The notes below the pieces were generated by a model. It was not told the DNA's origin, ran no database searches, and worked only from the letters and a program-made list of their open reading frames with translations. Position numbers and translations under genes: made by a program. 60,000 nt of DNA, taken from NCBI RefSeq assembly GCF_963921235.1, contig NC_086107.1, positions 103,108,001 to 103,168,000 of the forward strand. The letters run 5' to 3'. The stretch is from Mobula hypostoma (Eukaryota). Positions within the stretch are counted from its first letter, which is position 1, and the number at the start of each line of letters is the position of its first letter. Shown here piece by piece: positions 51,887 through 60,000 of this stretch.

Positions 51887-52012
51887 GTCCTGACAAAGGG
51901 TCTCAGCCCGAAACATCGACTCTTCCTAGAGATGCCGCCTGGCCTGCTGCGTTCACCAGCAACTTTTATGTGTGTTGCTTAAAATTCCAGCATCTGCAGA
52001 TTTCCTCGTGTT
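51887..52012 (+). mobile_element. 126-bp Penelope terminus insertion
   Basis: 13-bp TSD TCCTTATTGCTTT (51874-51886, 52013-52025). The insert begins at a degenerate hammerhead motif. Confidence 0.8.
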
Positions 52013-52649
52013 TCCTTATTGCTTTATTAGTTGCCTTCTGTTAGCTTTTAAAAGCTCCCCAACCCTCTAACTTCTCACTAATTTTTGCTGTACCGTATGC
52101 CCTTGCTTTTGTTTTTATGCTGTCCTTGAGTTCCCTTGTCTGCCAAGGTAGTGGCCAGTACAGACTCAGTGGGCCGAAGGGCCTGTTTCAGTTCTATGAC
52201 CCCCGCCCCCCCCAAAACCTCCAAGAGATCAAAGATCTCTCTCTGTCTCAGCTTTAGTGACTCACCCTCTGCACAGGGAAGATGAGCACAAGCCTGGTAG
52301 GAGAAGAGCTTTGAACATGGTATTCAGCCCACAGTGACCAAGCCAGCAGCCACGAAGCCCACCTAGACCAATCTCTTCTGCTAGCACATGGGTCTTATCC
52401 CTCATCTTAAAAAGGGTGAGAGGTTAGGGAAGGAATTCCAGGAACTGGAATCCAGGTCCCTGGGGACCAATAACAGAACAATTACTACAGGGGGGGCTAG
52501 AAGTGGAGTTGATCAAAGATCGTAGAGGGCTGATGGGCTGGGCAAGGTTACAACGAGGCCACGAATTTGGATGGAAATCACAAAATCAATTAGATGGGAT
52601 TAGTTGGATTGGCATCATGGTTAGTTCAGACATGATGGGCCAAACCCTG

Positions 52650-53312
52650 GGTGATGAGTTGACTCTGTGTTTCAGAAGGCATACGGTGCATTGGCGTTTA
52701 TCAATCGTGGGATTGAGTTTAGGAGCCGAGAGGTAATGTTGCAGCTATTTAGGACCCTGGTCAGACCCTACTTGGAGTACTGTGCTCAGTTCTGGTTGCC
52801 TCACTACAGGAAGAATGTGGAAACCACAGAAAGGGTGCAGAGGAGATTTACAAGGATGTTGCCTGGATTGGAGAGCATGCCTTATGAGAATAAGTTGAGT
52901 GAACTCGGCCTTTTCTCCTTGGAGTGACGGAGAATGAGAGGTGACCTGATAGAGGTGTATAAGATGATGAGAGGCATTGATCGTGTGGATAGTCAGAGGC
53001 TTTTTCCCAGGGCTGAAATGGCTAGCACGAGAGGGCATGTTTTAAGGTGCTTGGGGGTAGGTACAGAGGAGATGTCAAGGGTAAGTTTTTTTACGCAGAG
53101 AGTGGTGAGTGTGGGGAATGGGCTGCCTGCGACGGTGGTGGAGGCGGATACGGATACGATAGGGTCTTTTAAGAGACTCCTGGACCAGTACATGGAGCTT
53201 AGAAAAATAGAGGGCTATGGGTAGAGTCAAGGTAATTTCTAAGGTAAGGAAATGTTTGGCACAGCTTTGTGGGCCAAAGGGCCTGTATTGTGCTGTAGGT
53301 TTTCTATGTTTC
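52650..53312 (+). mobile_element. CR1 LINE 3' end
   Basis: KAYGALAFINRGIEFRSREVMLQLFRTLVRPYLEYCAQFW..RGDLIEVYKMMRGIDRVD. Confidence 0.88.
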
Positions 53313-54019
53313 TAAAGGGCACATTCCAGTGCGAGACTGATAAATTAAGTTGTACTGTATGTAGATTGAAAGGGAAAATGAATCTCACCTACCACACGCG
53401 AGACTAAGGACTGAGGGGGTAGACGTACAGAGGAACTGAGCTTTATAGATCTGGACGCCCTTGTTCCTCAATCTATACAGAATGAAATGAAGCTCAGCGA
53501 AGATAACGGCTGGAAGCCCACTACTGGCTCTGTTTTCCATGGGCTGTCAGAACATTACCAAGGGCTCCTGCCTTATCACCTGGAGCTCCTTCTGCTCTAC
53601 TTCCTGGTCCTGACCTCTGGACAGACACCCCATGCCTCCAGCGCAAACCACGGTGGCAAGCCACTTTGATCTCTGACAACACAAGACTGAAATTGCCAAG
53701 ACCACAAGAATCAGAGAGAGAGAGAGGGGAAGTTACCGTGTAAGCTGAAAAGGTCAACAATTTCCACTTGTATCTAGCTGATGCAGTGAGATCAGCAAAC
53801 CAGAGAGCAGCATCCAGGCTTGTTTTCCAAACTGCATAATTAAACTCCACAATAACCCATTTTAGAGAAGTCTTTAAAAATAAAAGTGCAACTGAACCAT
53901 TTTCCAAAAGATCCCTTTACATCACCCTCCACCTGTTTAAAGGTGAGAAATGGTGGTCGGTCCTTGGTCCCTCATAACTAAGGGATTCTTTCTCTTCTCA
54001 CCCTCCCTTGCTCTCCATT

Positions 54020-54135
54020 CTTCTCTTACCGCTTTCTCCCCTTTCGCCCCGTCGTGCGCGCGGTCACCAGACCAGGCCCACAAAGGCGTGCAGGTTGGTA
54101 CCGCCCGCTGTTCGCCGGTGAGTCGGCGGGGGACA
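54020..54135. promoter_or_regulatory. Candidate bidirectional promoter / paired first non-coding exons
   Basis: Non-repetitive CpG-dense patch with a minus-strand donor GCG|GTAAGA (exon end 54030) and a plus-strand donor CCG|GTGAGT (exon end 54117). Confidence 0.45.
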
Positions 54136-55318
54136 GAGTCCAGGGTTGGGTTGAGGGGGGACGTGGAGGGAATGAAGTGGGTTTTTAGTATAATTGGGTG
54201 CTTGGGAATCATTTTGAACGCTGTGATTTGGGATTGCAAGGCCGTGCTCGTGCAGGTCAGTGAGAGGGCGGTCAAGAATATCAGCACAGTGCAGGGAATC
54301 GTCAGCTGCAACCCTGACCCCAGCCGAGATCCAGGAGAGCTCAAATTGGGGAGAATCGCGGATGATGGGTGATCTACATCTCAAAGCCTCCGTGTCTGAA
54401 AGCCACATACTTCCTTTTGAACTCAAACCACTGTAGGTTCCCCTTTCTCCGGGAAGGGTAACGTGGCCAGTTCTGCTCACTTGCACCAGCCTGCCCGCTA
54501 TCGAGGACATATAAATAGAAATGGTCCAGTAACATCATGAAGGACCACACCCACCCGGCTCATGGACTGTTTGTCCCACTCCCATCAGGGAGGAGGCTAC
54601 GTAGCATCCACATCAGGGCCACCAGACTCAAAACCAGTTACTTTCCCCAAACAGTGAGGCTGATCAACACCTCCACCCACTAACTCCACCGCTACTTTAT
54701 TATTTCATGTCAGCCATACAATCAATGGATATACAATCAATCTACGTATTCATATTTATCGTGTGTTTTATTGTGTTCTTTATCTCGTTTTTTTTGTGCT
54801 GCATCGGATCTGGAGTAACAATTATTTTGTTCTTCTTACACCTGTGTACAGGGATTGACATTAAACAATCTTGAATACTCCACAGGAATATCCCTCCCAT
54901 ACTTATCACGGGGACTTGCACGTGATCTGGTGAAGTGAGGCCGCGCAGGAAACAAAGACATTTCAATTTCAATAGGTACATTTAATGTCAGAGAAATGTA
55001 CACAATATACATCCTGTAATTCTTTTTCTTCGCAAACATCCACATACAGCAGTGGTTCCCAACCTGTCTTCGTGCCATGGGCCAATACCATTAAGCAAGG
55101 GGTCCGTGGACCCCAGGTTGGAAACTTCTGATTTAGAGCATTAAACAACCTGCTGAAGGAACTCAGCAAGTCCAGCAGCATCTTTGGAGGGAAAAGAATT
55201 GTTGATGTTTCCGGTTGAAACCTGAAACACTGACCCATTCAGGCATCGGGAGCTTTGGGGTCCAGGTGTCCATTCTGCTGTCTGCTTGTTGAACATGAGT
55301 GGGTGTACCTGATCCCAG

Positions 55319-57631
55319 CTCATTGGTCAGCTCCCTACCCCATCTCCTCATTGGTCAGCTCCCTACCCCGTCTCCTCATTGGTCAGCTCCCTACCCCATC
55401 TCCTCATTGGTCAGCTCCCTACCCCGTCTCCTCATTGGCCAGGCCCCTACCACGTCTCCTCATTGGCCAGGTCCCTACCCCGTCTCCTCGTTGGTCACGT
55501 CCCTGCCCCGTCTCCTCATTGGTCAGGCCCCTACCCCGTCTCCTCATTGGTCAGCTCCCTACCCCATCTCCTCGTTGGTCATGACTGTACCCCATCTCCT
55601 CATTGGTCAGCTCCCTACCCCGTCTCCTCATTGGTCAGCTCCCTACCCCGTCTCCTCATTGGTCAGGCCCCTACCCCGTCTCCTCATTGGTCAGCTCCCT
55701 ACCCCGTCTCCTCGTTGGTCATGACCGTACCCCGTCTCCTCATTGGTCAGCTCCGTGCCCCATCTCCTCATTGGTCAGGCCCCTACCCCTTCTCCTTATT
55801 GGTCAGCACCCTACCCCGTCACCTCATTGGTCAGGCCCCTACCCCGTCTCCTCGTTGGTCACGACCGCACCCCGTCTCCTCGTTGGTCATGACCGTACCC
55901 GGTCTCCTCATTGGTCAGCTCCGTGCCCCGTCTCCTCATTGGTCAGCTCCGTGCCCCGTCTCCCCATTGGTCAGGCCCCTACCCCATCTCCTCGTTAGTC
56001 ACGACCGCACCCCGTCTCCTCATTGGTCACGACCGTACCCCGTCTCCTCATTGGTCAGCCCTGTGCCCCGTCTCCTCATTGGCCAGCTCCGTACCCTGTC
56101 TCCTCGTTGGTCAGGCCCCTACCCCGTCTCCTCGTTGGTCACGTCCCTGCCCCGTCTCCTCATTGGTCAGCTCCCCATCCCATCTCCTCATTGGTCACAT
56201 CCCTAATCCATCTCCTCATTGGTCAGGCCCCTACCCCATCTCCTCGTTGGTCACGTCCCTGCCCCGTCTCCTCGTTGGTCAGGCCCCTACCCCGCCTCCT
56301 CATTGGTCAGGCCCCTACCCCGCCTCCTCATTGGTCAGGCCCCTACCCCGTCTCCTCGTTGGTCACGACCGCACCCTGTCTCCTCGTTGGTCATGACCGT
56401 ACCCGGTCTCCTCATTGGTCAGCTCCGTGCCCCGTCTCCTCATTAGTCAGCTCCGTGCCCCGTCTCCCCATTGGTCAGGCCCCTACCCCTTCTCCTTATT
56501 GGTCAGCACCCTACCCCGTCTCCTCATTGGTCAGGCCCCTACCCCATCTCCTCGTTAGTCACGACCGCACCCCGTCTCCTCATTGGTCACGACCGTACCC
56601 CGTCTCCTCATTGGTCAGCCCTGTGCCCCGTCTCCTCATTGGCCAGCTCCGTACCCTGTCTCCTCGTTGGTCAGGCCCCTACCCCGTCTCCTCGTTGGTC
56701 ACGTCCCTGCCCCGTCTCCTCATTGGTCAGCTCCCCATCCCATCTCCTCATTGGTCACATCCCTAATCCATCTCCTCATTGGTCAGGCCCCTACCCCATC
56801 TCCTCGTTGGTCACGTCCCTGCCCCGTCTCCTCGTTGGTCAGGCCCCTACCCCGCCTCCTCATTGGTCAGGCCCCTACCCCGCCTCCTCATTGGTCAGGC
56901 CCCTACCCCGTCTCCTCATTGGTCACATCCATACCCTATCTCCTCATTGGTCAGGCCTCTACCCTGTCTCCTCATTGGTCACGTCCCTATCTCGTCTCCT
57001 CATTGGTCACGTCCCTACCCCGTCTCCTCATTGGTCAGGCCCATACCCCGTCTCCTCATTGGTCAGGCCCATACCCTGTCTCCTCATTGGTCACGACCGT
57101 ATCCCGTCTCCTCATTGGTCACATCCCTACCCCGTCTCCTCACTGGTCACATCCGTACCCTATCTCCTCGTTGGTCAGGCCCCTACCCTGTCTCCTCATT
57201 GATCATGTCTCTACCCCGTCTCCTCATTGTTCAGGTCCCTACCCCGTCTCCTCATTGGTCATGACCGTACCCCATCTCCTCATTGGTCATCTCCCTACCC
57301 TGTCTCCTCATTGGTCACGTCTGTACCCCATTTCCTCATTGGCCAGGCCCCTACCCCGTCTCCTCATTGGTCAGCTCCCTACCCGGTCTCCTCATTGGTC
57401 AGCTCCCTACCCGGTCCCCTCATTGGTCAGGTCTCTACCCCGTCTCCTCATTGGGCATCTCCCTACCCTGTCTCCTCATTGGTCACGTCTGTACCCCATT
57501 TCCTCATTGGCCAGGCCCCTACCCCGTCTCCTCATTGGTCAGGTCCCTACCCGGTCCCCTCATTGGTCAGGTCCCTACCCCGTCTCCTCATTGGTCAGCT
57601 CCCTACCCGGTCTCCTCATTGGTCAGGTCCC
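55319..57631. repeat. Minisatellite, 28-bp unit, ~83 copies, consensus CTCATTGGTCAGCTCCCTACCCCGTCTC
   Basis: The first (55319) and last (57615) unit starts are exactly 82 x 28 bp apart. There is an internal duplication at a 560-bp offset. Confidence 0.97.
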
Positions 57632-58462
57632 CTCCCTGTTGGTCCTGCCACCTATCACTGCCACAGTTTGGAGATAAGCAGTCATTGGAAGCAGTTCCTT
57701 CCCTTGTCCTCTGTGCACATCAGAAACCAGAAGAGCTTCACAACACCCTGTGACTCAAGTTCAGCATCCTGGCCATACTTGGGGCCCAAGTTTAAACACA
57801 AGAGATTCTACAGATAGTGAAAATCTTAAAACAATACACACAAAATGCTGTTGGGGGGGGGGGGAGAGGAGAACTCAGTACTCGGCCTGAAACGCCGACT
57901 GTTTATTCCCTTCCATAGAAACTGCCCGACTTGCTGAGTGGGGTCCTCCAGCATTTTGTATCTGAGGCTCAAAATTTAAAAAAGCTGTTGCCTCTCAGAT
58001 TGACTACACAGTGATACTGCAGGAAGGACAAAGAAACCCGTTAACACACACACACACAGCTCAGCTACTTATATACTGTAATTTAAAATAGACCAGTTAG
58101 TCAAAAAAGAAGTCGTACCTTATGATATTAAGGAGTCGAGTGCTGTTGTTTGTCAGCACCTTGTCCTAGCTGGTTTCGTTACGCAAAAAGGCTGCAGGCT
58201 CAGACGGTCTCACCTCTCCCACGCCAGCCCTGCCTTCTGCAGGCACCCGGCGCCGCTGCGCTCGGAGCCGGCGGCATGCCCCTCGCTTGCAGCCCACTGC
58301 GGCTTCCCTGCGGGGCCGGACAGGAAGAGGGAAGACGTCCTGCTGCAGGGCCGTCGCAGGGCCATCTAGAGGCCGGAGAGGGCAGTGCAACCCCCGCCTT
58401 TCTTCAAGCCCGGAGCCTGTCGCCGTATTTTTAGGGTTTTGTAACGAGACCCAAGACAACAC

Positions 58463-58537
58463 ATGGCAAACGGCATCAACACAGAGCAGGAGAGCGCAGC
58501 TCAGAGCTTGGGTCTCTCTGGCGGCTGCATTGCAGGC
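58463..58537 (+). CDS. Candidate first coding segment (MANGINTEQESAAQSLGLSGGCIAG) of an unidentified gene, within a putative exon 58243-58537
   Basis: Acceptor CCCTGCCTTCTGCAG (AG 58241-42), ATGG at 58463, donor GGC|GTAAGA at 58538. Non-repetitive and GC-rich. I do not recognise the peptide. Confidence 0.3.
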
Positions 58538-58819
58538 GTAAGATCGGTCTTCCAAGGGGGGGGGGTGTGAACCCACCTTTCCCCAATGCGCGACCGGTTA
58601 ATGGCCAGGTTTTTGTCAGAGGTAGCTTTATTTTACACAGCGTGGTGAGTGCATGGAACACACTGCCAGGAGTGGTGGTAGAGGTACATTTAAGAGTCTC
58701 TTAGAGAGGCATGTGGATGAAAGTAAAACGTTGGTGGCAGGGTTATGTGGAGGAATTGGTTAAATAGATCTAGGAGGAGGTTAGAAGACCATGGGCCAAA
58801 GGGGCTGTAATGTTCTATG

Positions 58820-59330
58820 TTCTGAAGCATCAGGCCTGGATGGTGTCCCTGGCAGCATCCTTAGATCCTGCACGTATCAGCTGGTGGGTTGTTTGCAGAC
58901 CTCTCCCTATTTCAATCAGAGATTTCTACCTGCTTTAGGAAGACCACCGTCATCCCCCATACCAAGGGAAAAAAAGATGACGTGCCTTAATGACGACCTC
59001 CCTGGTGTCTCTGACCATCATGAAATGCTGCAAGAGGCTGTTCATAGCATGCATTAACTCCAGTCTCCATTAACTCACTGCAATTTGCCCATTGGAGGAA
59101 CAGGTACGTGGCGGACTCCATCGCCCTAGGCCTATGCTATTGTTCATTAGACAATTGTGTACTGACCACCACCTTATGTAGATAGGTTGTGAGTCTTCCA
59201 ACAGGTGGCAATTCGGTACCATGCTTGTTCTACCTCAAAGCACTGTGTAATGATTTGATCTGTATGAACAGTATGCAAGACGTTTTTCACTGTATCTCGG
59301 TGTACGTGACAATAATAAACCAATTCCAAT
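58820..59330 (+). mobile_element. Degenerate Rex1/Babar LINE fragments
   Basis: EASGLDGVPGSILRSCTYQLVG..TCLND RT-entry motifs, plus a LINE tail with AATAAA. Confidence 0.6.
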
Positions 59331-60000
59331 ATGATCTTTCCTCCATGAATCCACACGACCTGCTCTATTACAAGTGTCCTCTGCCAGAGTTATCTCCGAA
59401 AACCAACCTCGGGTTTACCTGCTCGCACTTCCCTGTCTTCTCCTTCTCAAACAGCATCATCAGAGTTACTACCTCTCCATCTGCTTTACAATCCAATGAA
59501 AGATCTCCGTGAGTGCGTTCACAACCATTTGCAGGACGTCAGCTTCATAGCACAGCTAACTGTAGACCCCTTAGTTAATCTTATGCTTTTTCTATAACAG
59601 CAAATGACCATAAGACACAAGAACAGGATTGGGCCATTCGGCCCATCGAGTCTGCTCTGCCATTCCATCATGGCTGATTTATCATCTCCTTAAACCCCAT
59701 TCTCTCCCCCTCATTCATTTGACTCCCCACTATCCAATATATTTACTGTGAAGAGTGACACAAATTATTTGTTTATTGCCTCATCCCTGTCCTGTCTCTA
59801 CAAAACACACACCTTTTCTACTCTTTTCAGTTTCTGTATGGTTCTGGTTTTGAGATTTTCTTCCATACTCCCTGCTTGTTCACTCTCATGTATTATCTTT
59901 CCCCTCTGGATAGTCATTCCTAAACCTTACCAATCACTGAGCATACTACTCTCCATGGAAACATTACAAGTCAATATTTCCTCTGCCAACAGCCATTTTT

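Larger units (their letters stand above)
46810..52140 (-). mobile_element. Fragmented CR1 LINE hosting several nested insertions
   Basis: Minus-strand CR1 pieces in collinear order at ~46810-47101, 48132-48340, 49250-49705 and 51462-52140. Confidence 0.65.

Noticed and set aside
55319..57631. CRISPR-like look (constant part plus variable part)
   Set aside because: The variable part is only ~8 nt and is reused many times; eukaryotic context and no cas genes.
55255..57817. Many long Pro/Ser/Leu-rich ORFs (up to 364 aa)
   Set aside because: Artefacts of a 28-bp tandem repeat nearly free of plus-strand stops; the same peptide cycles through all three frames.

Overview
Vertebrate genomic DNA. 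The repeat content (CR1, Rex/Babar, Penelope, V-domain/HE1-type SINEs) points to a cartilaginous fish, probably a ray; the taxon is an inference. The main gene is WDR24 (GATOR2 subunit) on the minus strand. I reconstructed 8 coding exons (38935 to 14831; 2361 nt, 786 aa), all GT-AG with consistent phases. The 135-nt terminal exon and polyA signal of a mitochondrial aconitase (ACO2-like) gene lie on the plus strand at 2757-2891, tail-to-tail with WDR24; the ORF track misses it. A short CpG-rich patch near 54.0-54.1 kb has outward-facing splice donors on both strands and may be a bidirectional promoter. It is followed by a 2.3-kb, 28-bp-unit minisatellite rich in CCAAT boxes and a candidate first coding exon of an unidentified plus-strand gene. 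Most of the rest is transposon-derived. Most notable: Penelope-like termini carrying a minimal hammerhead-ribozyme motif, including a 211-bp palindromic unit with a perfect 14-bp target-site duplication. Repeat boundaries are by eye and approximate unless TIRs or TSDs are cited.
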